Source: Cirrosporium novae-zelandiae
Taxonomy: Eukaryota
Reading direction: 5' to 3'
Assembly (NCBI GenBank): GCA_026023565.1
Contig: JAPETS010000014.1
Span: 62,001-126,000 of the forward strand
DNA length: 64,000 nt
Shown here: in pieces, positions 38,506-53,055 of the stretch
Numbering within the stretch: position 1 is the first letter of the stretch
Layout of the letters: each line of letters opens with the position of its first letter
Program-made: the position numbers and the translations under genes
Notes under the pieces: model-generated
The model's database searches: none
What the model was told of the DNA's origin: nothing
Seen by the model: only the letters and a program-made list of their open reading frames with translations

Positions 38506-39742
38506 ATGTCATCCTCTACATCTGGGGTAGGTCTAGTCATTTACGATGAACCCAAGAAGCTTCTTATTAACCTGTTATTAGGCCTCTTCTAAGGTCCACT
38601 ACCCAATCGCTCCTCAGAATGCCTCCCTAGGGGGTGTTCCCACAGTCGGCCTTGATGTTCCTATTACTGCTGTGTTCTTGGTCCTTTTCGTCCTTGGTGC
38701 CATATCCCATATGACAATCCTTCAGCTCAACAATCGCAAAGGACACAAATTCATACTATCCGGAATGCTATTCGGTTTCTGCATGGCTCGTATTACGACC
38801 TGTGTCTTGCGAATTGTATGGGCCACTCGTCAGAACGATATACCGGTGGCCATCGCTGCCATGATCTTCGTTGGTGCCGGCGTAATTATCCTTTTTGTGA
38901 TCAATGTCGTCTTTGCACAACGAGTTCTTAGGGCTGCACACCCTGACCTTGGCTGGACAAAAACCATCGGCATTGCGATTCCTATTATGTGCGGGCTGAT
39001 AATTGTCTCGCTTATTATGCTTATCATAACCGTAGTCCAGCAGTTCTATACCATAAACGCAAACACTCATCGTATCGACCGTGATATCCAGCTTGCGGCA
39101 CAGACCTACTTCGCAGTCATGTCCTTCTTGCCAATCCCGCTTGTTGGCCTGACTCTTCTCCTTCCCCGACATACTCCTCGTCCAGTTTCTTCTGACGGAA
39201 GTCCACTCCCACCCCGCCCAAATACTTTGCGTCGACGAGCTTCTCATGTCGAGAAGTTTGGAACTGGCCGCTGGCGTACGAAAGTCACCATCCTTTTGAT
39301 CTCGTCGGTACTTCTCTGTCTTGGTGCTACCTTCCGCTTAGGCACAAACTTCAAGACACCACGACCACGAACAGATCCAGCCTGGTATCAATCCAAGGCA
39401 TGCTTTTACGTCTTCAACCTTGGAATTGAGATCATCGTCGTTTGGCTCTACATCATTCTCCGCGTTGACCGTCGTTTCCACATTCCCAATGGCGCAAAAG
39501 GCAAGGGAAGCTACTCTCCAAAGACAGCAACCTCGAAATCCGATTTACAAGAAGCTAGTGAAGGGGACGTTGAAAAAACCGCAGGAGCTGAAGCAGTTTC
39601 AAGGATCCAATCGCACCATGGATTCCGCCTCGGCCGTATACGCACCGAAGAAGAGATATTTTACCAAGGGCCCTATGGTAGTGATACTCCGGCCGACAGC
39701 GAGGATGCGTTGAAGAAGAGCCAAGATAGGAGAGCGAGTTAA
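38506..39742 (+). CDS. Multi-pass membrane protein, DUF3112-like fungal family
   Basis: GGVPTVGLDVPITAVFLVLF, HKFILSGMLFGFCMARITTCVLRIVWA, PAWYQSKACFYVFN, RVDRRFHIPNG; short first exon, intron ~38528-38581. Confidence 0.8.
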
Positions 39743-40630
39743 AATGTGGATGAGGATTGAAGAGGCTAAATTTATTTTGAAGGATAATTATTGGAAAATA
39801 TAGAAGATGGGGGGGGGGGGCGGTTGTTTTGCTTGATTGCTATATACCCAGATGGTAGAGCATATGGTATTGGAAGGAGGATATACATATTTCCTTGAGT
39901 AATATACACCCTATAGACCAGCCCTTTTTTTTGATGATGAGGATGATATATAAGAGATTATTAATCAAACATTACTGGATAGGGCTGTGGTATGTGTGCG
40001 CACAGGCCGCAACATTGATGTACTGTAATGTGGAAGAGTGCTGGATAGTCAAATTTAACCTCTTTATTACGCAATTCCTTGCTTCATGCGAGGAGTGTCC
40101 GAGGAATTCTTTGGAGCAACAAAACAGTACATCCACAGCTTGCCCCAGAAAAGTATAAGGTCGTTTACATTACTTTAGTCATATCCTTGGAGAGGTAGCT
40201 AAATTCCCTCGGCCGTTGGAACAAGATAGGACGCCGCTCGATGATTGAATACGAGGTTTGAGGCTTAGAAGGTCAATGGCAAATAGAACAACGGGAAGAT
40301 GATTTTCTTCTCATCTCCGTACAAACCGATGCACACCTTTTGGTTGTTGGTGGTGTTATTGGATTGATGCATCTGCTGAATCTCTAATCTCTCATTTCTG
40401 ATTTTCCTTACAACCACCAACACCACAACCACAGGTTTCACCTCCTCCACCAACTTAAATCTTACCTCTCCTTCACTTTCTCCTGATTTCACATCCTTCT
40501 TTCTTTTCTATACTTTTCTATCCACTCATGCTGAATATCACTTCATCTTCTGATAGCTTATCCCTTTACTGTCTGAACTGACTTTGGAATCGGGAACCTT
40601 CAAGAATCTGAACTCAGATCAATTGTTCCA

Positions 40631-41779
40631 ATGGCCAATCCAGGAAATAATTATGACTCTCCTGTCCATTCCCGACAACCCCATGTAAAACTAGGAGTGC
40701 ATGGCAATGGAAACGTTTATGTTGTAAGTTCTCCTTCTGCGAACAACACCGAGTTGCCACCACCAGATAGGCGATTTGGGTTTGAGACTTCCCTGGATCA
40801 ACCTAAACGAAATTCTAAAAACCATTCATCGGCGACCCAAGTGGTGGTGATAGTAGTGATCCTAACTGTGACAGTCTCGCTTTTATTGATCGAGTTCTAA
40901 CCACTGTCGCTACTTCAGATTCCACACCATACCATTACGGTGGCGAGGAACTATATTCTCGGATTCATGAACGTCCTATCCTTAGGTGCCGAACTAGTCA
41001 TCCTGGTATTTCTCCATCTCTACTTCACGATGATATCTAGCACCTCGGTATCCGCCTTGCTCCTCGGCATGCTCCTCGGGTTCCTGATAACAGCCTCTAT
41101 GTTCGTTGAGGTAGCGATTGGCTACATTCTAGTATTCCGGCCACCGGTCTATTCCGTGATGAGCAAGTCCAGGGCAAGCAAGGCTCTAATTATGGCATTA
41201 CTGTTCCTCTTCATGGTTAACTGTGCCGCTGGATGCTTCTTCTTGTTTCCGCCTTCCATATCCAAAACGAGCTTGTTCACCAACCCCTCCATCCTCATCG
41301 GGTGCTTTTTACCATTGATCATCGCGAGCAGCCTTTACAGGTCAGCGTTGCTGTCACCAAAGGCGTTTATCTCGGCTCGTGGGAATAAAATAATTATATT
41401 CCTGCTGTTATCGCCTTTGTTCTTGGAACTTATCACAACGGTTCCTGCCTTGGTTGTTTACCCGTCAATTTTTCTGAGGGCAGGCGAGAGCGACGACATG
41501 GTGGACCTGATGGTGATCGCACTCGATGCCACCGCAATCTTCAAGTCTTTACTACTACTATCACTACCATTAATCTCCTCGGGCATGGCTAGTAACCAGA
41601 TGCCCCTAAACTCCCACGGGGGTTTCTCTATGAAACAGCCCATGTCAAAAGAATCCGACCACGCTTTAGAAACAGCTTTATTCGAATCCCTAATATATAA
41701 ACAACAAGAACGGCCCCTGAACCCTAAAATCACTACGTACGATAATAAAAGTGATGGGGTTCGAAAATCCGATGAATAG
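40631..41779 (+). CDS. Hypothetical multi-pass membrane protein
   Basis: 279-aa hydrophobic ORF with about six TM segments; acceptor TTCTAAC..CTTCAG at 40918 is in phase with donor GTAAGT 40724; 5' structure uncertain. Confidence 0.55.
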
Positions 41780-43358
41780 AATCGCAGACATGCTTTCCTC
41801 GCTTGCTTTGGGGTATGCGACACGCTAGCCACACCCTCCAGCTCAAAACCAATTGGAGAAAAAAACGTTTCTCACAATCGTTAATCCATCGCATCGGTTT
41901 TGTTAATGAAGAGAGATTAGGGGATTAGGATGAATCTCAGGAAGGAGAAGAGATATTTAAAAGAGATTGTCAAAAAAAAGCCTCCACCCGTCAGGAAAAG
42001 ACGGGAGCCATTAGGATGGGCAATGGCTAAACAAAAAAAGGAGGAATACAAAAAACTGCACAACTATGATACTTGACACTCTTTTCTTTCTCTTTGCTTT
42101 GATTCTTTTGCTTCCGGCAGTTTGAAGGCACACTGTCTGGAATGGAATGGAATGGGGTGGGATGGGACGGGATAGGCTTGGGCTTAGGTGTCGCATACAA
42201 ATGACTATTATGATTAAAAAGGGCGAAGTTTTTTTTTTTAGAGGGGGAAGGGATATCTAAATTCGATTTGATACCCACCATGGCCATGATGAATCGACTA
42301 ACCTACTTTTTTAATAACTAGAAAAAACTTACCTTCGTTACGTCTTTTTTTTTTTGAAGATAATGGATGGTCCTTCTATAGCTATGGCTGTTGTTCTGGA
42401 ACACAATGAACAAGAAAATATCCTGATCAACTCAAATCACAACCACAGACAGATATAACCCAACCAACCTCAAACATTATAATGGCAAAACCCACCAAAC
42501 CCCAAACCCAGCAACTTACATCCATCCTCGCATTAACCATTAACCATAACACACAAGCTTTCCAGGCATGCCAGGTCCGTGACGTGACGCAAAAATGCCA
42601 AGTCAAGATAAACTTCCCCATTTCCGCCCAACTTATGTTACTTGGGCCACAACACTACACTACTAGTTTGCATCACTTGACACCCATTCTAAGATTCTAA
42701 ATCATTAGCCACAGCTTACGCATCTTTACCAGCCCTACATTATCAAAAATCAATTAAGTAGCCCTATCAATTTCCCCAAGGATTGGATATATTGAATACC
42801 GCGATTCAGCAAAAAAAAAACTGCTTTTCTTCATTTTGATTTTCGTATCAATTGGGTGTATACTCATCTCAATTAGCTGCCTTAGGGTCTTCTCAAGTTA
42901 CCAAAGACTCATTCTATCACACTATCACACACGAACGAGAGAGAGAGAGAAAAAAAGGAAGAAGCAAAAAAACGGGGCTGCCCGCTTCAGATCGAATTAG
43001 AAGAAGAAAAAAGAAAAAAATGCCACGTTAATCCATCGTCATCATCTCATGCTCGCGATTCATATAGCGGGCTGGATCCATTATACAATGCATAGCAAGA
43101 AATTGAGGAAATGGGGAAAGGCCCAGTCCGGATGAGGGGTATTATCTGCAAAATAAGACAATCTTTCACCCAAAGACGGTCAGACTTGGAAAAAAAGGCG
43201 AAGTATTGTAAGAGTGCAGCTGCACCGGCATTAGCACATAGCACCTAGCAGTGGCATCCGCGGGCATTCGACAAAAGCACATCACAAAAATAGTAATTTC
43301 TACTATTCCACTTTTTCTAGCAGTAGTAGGAGAACGAGGTATCGCAGACATATTCTAT

Positions 43359-44710
<1,352 letters not shown>

Positions 44711-45518
44711 GGTGATGTTTTGTTCGGGTAAGGGTATATCTTGGTTAATGGGTGTTTCGCTTTATGTAATTCAAGTTCAGGTTTCACGGCGCTCTTTTCA
44801 GAGCTATGATGCCAAAACCGGCTAGTCAAACTTTGGCGAGAGATTAGGGGACAGTTTTTGGCTCGACTGAATAACGACAAGGGATTAGAGGAGGTAAGTA
44901 AACCAAACGTATGGAGTCGTTGTTACAGTCGAGGTTCGCAAGGTGATGTTTTTTCTGTTGTCGTGATATTATGATGTGGGTTGGCAGCTCAGGAACAGGA
45001 CGGTGTGGGATGAGACCGAGGGAGGCGAATCCAATGCGGCGTAATTAGGAAGTTTCGCCTCGGACAGCACGCGACTTCGAGAACTTTCATATTAACCACG
45101 TTCAATATTTTAATTCTACTTTTATTACCATACAGAAACCACCTATGGTACTTATTCATTTGATATCCCAACCCTTATTAGCTGGACTTGGTTTTTCCAT
45201 CTTGATAAGTGTAGACTACGTGTCTAAAAATTAAGATTTTACTACCTAGAACTTGAAAGAATCTATCTGAACTTGGATAATGGGTTGACAAGAAGTGTGT
45301 TCTTTTGCCATTCGTGTAGAATACATTTTCTATTGATGATGAGGTGGGCATAGTCATCCGCTGCGCTGTTGTAGTGATTGCAACCTCAAGCCCCTTTAAA
45401 GAAAAGCTTCAAACCCTAGGAAACGTATACCTACCATGCCATTATTCATTTTCGTATAGGGCATCAGTCATATACATATCATTATTTTATCACTTGTTAG
45501 ATACCCCAAGGGTGTTCA

Positions 45519-46681
45519 TTATAGGAAATCGTCATTGCCAAACCCGCCGAAAGGGTTGGGAGGACCTCCACCGGGAAACCTACGTCCTCCTGGAGCGCTT
45601 GGCCGGCCATCACCAGGGCCCAAGGGATCATACCTTGCTCCTGGAGGAGCCATAGGATCATACCCACCCTGTCCACTACCACCACCAAAAAGCGGATCGT
45701 CAAGTGTTGGGTGCATACCACCACCGCCACTACGTCCGCCAAGACCCGGTCCAAGAGGACCTCCGAGAGGGTCATGAGGTCCAAGCCCTGGTGGATAAAG
45801 ATCCCTTTCCCCAATGTTCAATGGGTTTCTATCACCAATTCCTCTTAATGGCCGATTGATATCTAGCTCATCATCAAAGCCAGGTGGTGGGAAATCCCCA
45901 GCAGGTAATGGCCGTCTCGGTGGTGCGGCAAGTGGATCATCAAATGGATAAGGACGAGCTGGAGCTGGGTTGTGAGGATTTCGGAGAGGATCATGAACCG
46001 GTCCTTGTGGTTCACGAAGTGGTGGTTCCCCTTCTCGTTCACCGGGCGCTCGAGACGATGATTGCGCTGACTCTTCATAACCCTCTTTATGAATCCCTGG
46101 AACAAGCTTTTGTATGATATTGATTTTGAACAGTGAAGTCAAATCAGACATACGGTGCGGGGAAATGAATATATCCTGGATGATCCGATCTCTTGCTTCT
46201 TTATTCGCTGTTGACGGTAGTGTAAATGGAAAGGACGATTCTGATAGAAAATCCTTGAACGGAACGTCAAATGACGCAGTTTTATCATCCCCGAGACCGA
46301 TACCAAGAATCACCACTTTATTTCCTAGCCGGTTTATTTTGATCATGAATTCCAATGATGACTGAGGATGGGTAAACCGAAATGCATGGTAGTTGGTCCA
46401 TTCTTGTGGTAGAGGCTTGATTTCATCGGGACTTGACTGGGATTCTATATAAATAAGTTAGGGGTTGTAGTGAATAGCCAATAGGGAATATACTAACCTA
46501 CCGTGTGGTCTTCCCCGAAACCTTTGAGTCGGAATCCAACAGCCCGCATACAGGCATAGCTATGAAGCGCGATAGCCGCACAAGGATCTTTCAAGTGAGG
46601 TTGTGACGACGGTGAGAGGTCAGTTGAGAGGCTTGATGCTATGATCTCGCAAACGTTAATTGAACTGAGAGGGTTCGTCAT
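45519..46681 (-). CDS. Proteasome inhibitor PI31 (PSMF1/Fub1-like)
   Basis: N-terminal ALHSYACMRAVGFRL, FRFTHPQSSLEFMIK, Pro/Gly-rich tail with IGERDLYPPG, GGMHP, PPGARYDP. Confidence 0.88.
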
Positions 46682-47153
46682 GATGCTATGATTGTAGATA
46701 GTTAAGTTGACTGTTCAAAGTACTGTGATTGAGGTGGGCTTAAATAGAGCAAATAGAGCTGGAGGGATTGACGTAGTACTACGGAAGCCTGGGCTTTAGC
46801 GAAAAACAAGGTTGTGGGGGGACGGGCATTAGGTTGTTCCTGTGCGTACACCACTGCAAGGTTGACTTTAGGGCCGGCGGGTGTGGCCCGTGATTTGAGT
46901 TGATCAACATATGATTAACTCTGGTACTAACTCTACACATAACATTATTTGGTTGCTCTATGACAAAACAAACTGAATTGGAGATGATACTTGATCCTAA
47001 AATTTGTGAAGATATTCAATTAACATCCTTTAGTACAGCGGCATAATTCTTGTATAGATTTTTTTTAATTCAATAAGTTCTGAAGCCAACTATATCTGTC
47101 ACGTCCAACATCCTTCAGCCATGAATCACTTATAGTTCCAACGAATATGGGTA

Positions 47154-47918
47154 TCAATCAATTGCCAGTCCACCGTTGACAAATAAATGTTCACCATTTA
47201 CCCAACGAGCTCGTTCCTCACACAGGAAACCAACTGCATATGCTATTTCCTCTGGCTCTCCCATTCGTGCGCCTGCCGGTGTGTTTTCAATGGTCGGCCT
47301 CAATATCTTCATCATCTCCTCTCCAGCCGCTGCAAAGCCCTGGGTACGGGTTGGACCAGGAGAAACAGCGTTAACGGTACACCCATATTTGGGAGGGAGC
47401 TCCTTCGCCCAACATTTGGTAAACGAGTCAACCATGCCTTTTGTACCGGCATATATGGTCTGCTTTGGAGGTGGATGTCGCCCCGAAATGCTCACAATGT
47501 TGACAATTCTCCCAGATCCTTTTGGGAGATGTGGGAGTGTTGCTTTTGTCAAGAGGAAACATCCTCGGCCGTTCAAATTAACCAATCGATCCCAGTCCTC
47601 CAGCGTCTGTTCTTCGAGGGGAAGATTTATAGCAAGAGCCGCGCAGTTGACAAGGATATCAATTTTCCCATACTGAGCAACAGTAGCATCAACAAGGGCT
47701 TGGGGGCCATCTGTGGTGGAGAGATCGGCCTCGATAGAAATTCCTGGGCTTGGTATAGATGATGCGACAGCATCGGCCTCGGCCTTCAGACTTGAAAAAG
47801 GATAATTGACAACAGTTGTGGCCCCGCGACTCGAGAGCTCCCGTATGATGGCTTCACCAATTCCAGTGCTTGAGCCGCTCACGATGGCCACCTTGCCGGT
47901 TAAGGTCTGTTCTACCAT
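47154..47918 (-). CDS. Short-chain dehydrogenase/reductase (FabG-like), intronless
   Basis: VAIVSGSSTGIG, DILVN, YAGTK catalytic motif, VNAVSPGPT. Confidence 0.93.
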   Translation of the reverse strand: MVEQTLTGKVAIVSGSSTGIGEAIIRELSSRGATTVVNYPFSSLKAEADAVASSIPSPGISIEADLSTTDGPQALVDATVAQYGKIDILVNCAALAINLPLEEQTLEDWDRLVNLNGRGCFLLTKATLPHLPKGSGRIVNIVSISGRHPPPKQTIYAGTKGMVDSFTKCWAKELPPKYGCTVNAVSPGPTRTQGFAAAGEEMMKILRPTIENTPAGARMGEPEEIAYAVGFLCEERARWVNGEHLFVNGGLAID

Positions 47919-49301
47919 GGCTGAGGAAGATGGAGACAATATTCGATGCTGCTGGAAAATTCTATTCTGCAATTGACCTTTCATCGTTTTGAGAACTTTG
48001 GGCTAATCTAGGTGAGCAAGGCCACGTTTAAGAGGACAATCTAAACTTATTAGTTGCTTGTGAATTTGAGGAGTCTTTTGGTGGACTTCCTATAGCCGTG
48101 ATGCTTTCGGCTCCACCTCCGCATGTTCTTACCCCACAAATGCCGAATGTTCGGGTATCTTGTACCGTGCCGAACGAATATCGGGGAACCATTACCCATA
48201 ATCTACTGCCTTGGGATGTTAATTCTTTAATAAAAAAAATACCCATACCAACGACCCTAACGCCTAGGTATCTATTTATTACATTCATTTGTAGCGATTT
48301 TCATCCGGTTAGAACAGCCCCAAAAAAAACATCCTGATTGCTAATACGGCTACTAATGACACACAAACCATGCATAGTGGGTACACCCAATATTAGAAAC
48401 CTCAAGGTTTTTATAAAGACGACATCAAGAAATTTATAGAATTTAATAGACTATAAATTTAATGGAATAATGGAATTTCTAACCTTCTTAACCTCGGCAA
48501 AGTCTAGCACTAACATCAACGTCTTGATCCGAAGTAATGGTTATCCTTGTAACTCAACAACTTTCAAGTTGGGTTTTAAGTATGATTTATCTAAACTTTT
48601 ATGTATCTAATTAAATTAAAACCTTCGACATGTAAAGAAAACCAAGAGAAGGGGAGAGTCAGATCAAAAGGCTATATATACATAAGTATTTAAAGAGCTT
48701 TCAAGGTAAATATTACAGTAATTAGTCCGACTACAAACAGCCCCTGACTGAATTTGCCAGTCCAGATTACACTCCAGTTTCCCTTTCTACCTCTTCTTTG
48801 TCTCTATGCTTATCCCTGATATTATAAAACCCATCTTTTAACAACAATGGCCAAGTCACCTAGCCATCGGGTCCAAGACAAAATCAACAAATCAATAAGA
48901 CGATTTTATATGCCAGGAATAACAATGCCGCTATGGTAAAAAAAAATCCGCTTTGCATAGTCTACTACACCAAGTGCCAAAAGAGATGTGATTCCGATGA
49001 CTACGAGGTTCGCATATAGGCTTCTAGGTAGCTGCTAGAATTTGTATTTTGTATTTTAGCATCCAATAAATCAATCAAATCCATTTCAATTGTAGTTATT
49101 GGGGGTGTGGGGGGGGGCGAATTTGCGAAGCCAAGTTATATATATTGCCTTAACCAATAAATTCAACATTGATCTGAATTCCCTGCTGAGAGTTCCATAC
49201 GTAGTAGTAAAACCCTCCAGTGTTTTTTTTTCACAATTTAAGACGCCAATAATGCTGATTGATTTAAAAAAAAAAGTTCCACCCTTAAAGCCAGACTTGA
49301 C

Positions 49302-50463
49302 TTATTTCTTTTCTTTACCTTTCGCCTCCGTTTCTCCTAGCTCTCTAATAAACACCTTCACCTCCCCTTCAGCTAGGTCTTCTTGACCGTCTTCGAATCC
49401 AGGGCTGACGGCAATGGCTAGATGCTTTCCGTCTTCGCTGAATGATAACGCCGCTACGCTCGAATGGTATCGTTGGTATTGTCTGATTCTTCGCTTTGCA
49501 ACACCATCCCAAAGAGCTACCACGCCATCTCCTCCTCCAGATGCAAATGTTCCATAGCTCGGATGAAAAGTCAATGCATTAACCGGATAAACCACATCAA
49601 CGCCCTCGGCGTTCGTCTGCCGATGGCACTTGAAGGCATATTTCCTCGCTTGTGATTCATTGGAAGGATCGAACCACTCCACCGCAACTCTCCCTTCAAT
49701 GCTTGACGAAGCATATCCAGCATCATTTGGCATGCAAGCCACCGCCCTCGTCATGAACTTCAGGCTGCTCTCTCTTCGCTGCCATGGCTCCATTTTCACG
49801 ATATTTGGGGAAGGTTGTGAGGACTGTGATGTTAGCTCGGCGAGTTGAGCGAGCTGGAAGATTTCGAGGGTGCGGGAAGCCATTGCGACCACGAGCTTGG
49901 TGGGGGACAGGGAAAGAGAGAACGGCTTGGAGGGAAGAGGGATGATTGCGGGGGATAGGTCTGGTTGTTTTACATGGTGGATGTGGAGCGTCGAGTCCCA
50001 TGAAGCAGATATGAGGAGGGATTCCGAGGCACTGTAGACGACGGATTTGACCCCGGCACCATGAGAACTGAGAACGGTTTGCTCACCAGTGGTGAGATTT
50101 ATTCTAGACCTAATATTAGCATATTGCTGCATCAGAAACATATTATCGAAACCCACCGCCTAACATCCCAATCCAATCCTGCGGTATATGCTTCCTCTTC
50201 GTGGTCTCCGAAGCAAACATCTAGAACCGGGGCGCGATGCTCAAACTTTTCAATGAGCTTGCCGCTTTCATCTCCAGTGATATCGTATAGATATAGATTC
50301 TTATCCCAAGACGCTACTAACAGCTTGGTAGAGCCAGAATGCGGCGCAAACTTCAAGGCCGAAATCGCATCTGAAGGAGGATCGCGGAGCTCATATTGTG
50401 CTGTAAAGAATGTCAATATGATTTATCTTGGTGTAGAAGCTTTGAGAACTTACTGGAGCCCAT
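49302..50463 (-). CDS. BUB3: Spindle checkpoint WD40 protein Bub3
   Basis: PPSDAISALKF, LLVASWD, RESSLKFMTR, SSIEGRVAVE, YAFKCHR, VYPVN; ATG 50463, two introns. Confidence 0.95.
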
Positions 50464-50692
50464 GCCGCTTTAAATTTGGGAAATAAATTATGGAGTTTGA
50501 TATAATTTTTGTGGAAATTCCAAGCTGCGTTATGTATATCGCTTTGTATAGAGTCAATAGTCGATCAGGAACAAGCGCGTTCGCTTCAAAGCTCAAGTAC
50601 TTGAGAGCATTTTCTGCCACCGCCCTCATCATCGCCGTAATTATCAACAGCTCATAACAACTTTTCCAACCCCTCTCGACCCCACCACAATC

Positions 50693-51858
50693 ATGCCTTT
50701 CGGACAACTAGTAATAGGGCCACCAGGCTCTGGAAAATCTACATATTGCTATGGAATGTATCAGTTCATGTCAGCCATCGGCCGGAAATGCTCTGTCGTT
50801 AATTTAGATCCTGCCAACGATCATACATCGTATCCATGCGCCCTTGATGTTCGGGACCTTATTACAATCGAAGAAGTAATGGAGGATGATCGGTTGGGTC
50901 CAAATGGAGCGGTACTCTATGCACTAGAGGAATTGGAACATAACATGGAATGGCTAGAGGAAGGCCTGAATAAGCTTGGAGGTATTTACAGCAGGCTTCT
51001 ATGGTCCAGAATTGTCACTGACTAAACTATTTAAAGAGGATTACGTTCTATTTGACTGTCCTGGCCAAGTTGAGATTTTCACACATCATTCATCCTTGCG
51101 AAATATATTCTATCGAACCCAGAAGCTCGGGTACAGAGTCTGCCTCCGCATTCCCGTCCCCCCCAACCCTTCTTAATTCCACTGCTAATACCAACCTATT
51201 CTAGCTAGTCGTATTACACTTGATTGACTCTTATTCTCTAACGCTTCCTTCCCTCTATATCTCGACACTCCTCCTATCTCTACGGGCTATGCTTCAAATG
51301 GACCTTCCCCATCTGAATGTGCTGACAAAGATCGATAAACTCGCTCAGTATGCACCTCTTCCTTTCAACCTAGACTTCTATACGGAAGTTCAGGACCTCT
51401 CCTACCTACTCCCACACCTTGTTGCAGAATCACCAGTGCTACAAAGTTCGAAATTTGAAGGGCTGAATAAAGCGATCGTCGAGTTGGTCGAAGAGTTTGG
51501 ACTTGTGGGCTTCGAGACATTGGCAGTAGAAGACAAGCAAAGTATGATGGCATTGCTCCAAGTAATCGATCGAGCAGGAGGTTACGCATTTGGATCTGCT
51601 GAGGGTGCGAATGACACAGTATGGCAGGTTGCCATGAGACAAGGCGGGTCGGCGACCATGGATATCAAGGATGTGCAGGAGCGGTGGATCGATGCGAGGG
51701 AAGAATATGATGAGAAGGAGAGAAAAGACTGGGAGGAAGAGGCGAAGGCTCGAGAGGGTCCACAAGATCTCGCAGGTAACCCTGCGGCCGATTCAGATGA
51801 TGAGCTCGATGGACAAATACCACCAGATAGTGGAATAAAAGTGATCAGAAAGACCTAA
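50693..51858 (+). CDS. GPN2: GPN-loop GTPase 2
   Basis: MPFGQLVIGPPGSGKSTY, VNLDPAND, LGPNG, FDCPGQVE, LPFNLDFYTEVQDL; two introns. Confidence 0.93.
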
Positions 51859-51950
51859 TCCGACGTCCTCCTTGCATTTCAAGTGAAATATATGCTCGCC
51901 GTACTACAGGACTTTGAACGGCCCCAATAGCTATTTACCTCAAGCTTATT

Positions 51951-52644
51951 CTAGTCTTCTTCATCGCTGTAGTCATCCTCTTCATCGTCATCTTCAATAT
52001 CGGAGACATTCGACATGGTCACGTCTTGTTGGGCAGCGACCTTCGCACGCCCATTCCCGAGCAGAGCCTCCAATTGCTCATTAGCTCCATTATTAGCATC
52101 GCGTTTTGCCTTCAACACAGCGGCCCTAGCTCTCCTGGTTGCTTCTTCCTCAGCCTTTCGAATTGTGCCCGAGACACGAACAACCTGGATAACACATGGC
52201 CTTTCTTCTCCACGTTTCCGGGATAAATCAGGAAGCTTCGTAATGTAAGAGAGAGCCGCCCAAACCAGGCGGTAATGAGCGCGAGGGCATCGAATTATGA
52301 CTGTTGAGGTCGCAGGAGAGAGATATTTGACTAGAGAGATAGAAATTGTTAAATAGATTTGTTTTTTTGGATGGATGAAACAATAGATAGAGAAAATTCC
52401 AACACATACTGACGACGCTGCCGCCTGCAGCACCTGCTCCATAGTCGCCATAGAGGACCGATATCTGGGACCTAATAAGGCGAAGCAGGGCTTGTGGGGT
52501 AAGGTTGTCGGAGGTTGGCTGGTGAAACTGGACCACATCCGGAACCCTAGTAGTAGTAGTCGTCTTCGATTCGAGCTTGGCTGGTGGTGGTGGTTCGGGG
52601 TATAGAATCTGGGCGAGCAGATATCGATGTTTCACACGAACCAT
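51951..52644 (-). CDS. POP5: RNase P/MRP subunit Pop5
   Basis: MVRVKHRYLL, YGDYGAG, VKYLSPATST.IIRC, VSGTIRKAE; one intron. Confidence 0.92.
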
Positions 52645-53055
52645 AATGATGACTTTGGTAAAGATCGATTTTGTTGGGGAGGGTTTGGGATGGGCATTTC
52701 TCTCGAATTGGGCGTGGCGTAGCTTGAAGAATGGGAAGATAAAATAATAATCTATCGAAGGTTGTATCGCATTGCCGTGCGCAAGACCGGGAGTACTGTA
52801 CAGTAGCTTTCGCCTCTCCTCAAGGAACTAGCAAGCCAATTGGCACAGCTTCCTCACCCATTTAATTTACCATTATTCAATATTGCGATAACTATGTTTT
52901 TATTGCTCTGCCTATTTTTTATACTAAATAGTTCTACACGATATAACTTTTCTGCTATCACCCGCTCAAGCTCAAGCTGGGTTTACATCCATGGGAAAAC
53001 CTAGGGTGGCACGGTATCCCTGGATCATTCATACAATTTTTTTTCATATACGGAT

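Noticed and set aside
47919..47984. Upstream in-frame extension of the SDR as a PTS2
   Set aside because: RIFQQHRIL does not fit R-[LIV]-x5-[HQ]-[LA]; the downstream ATG has the better context.
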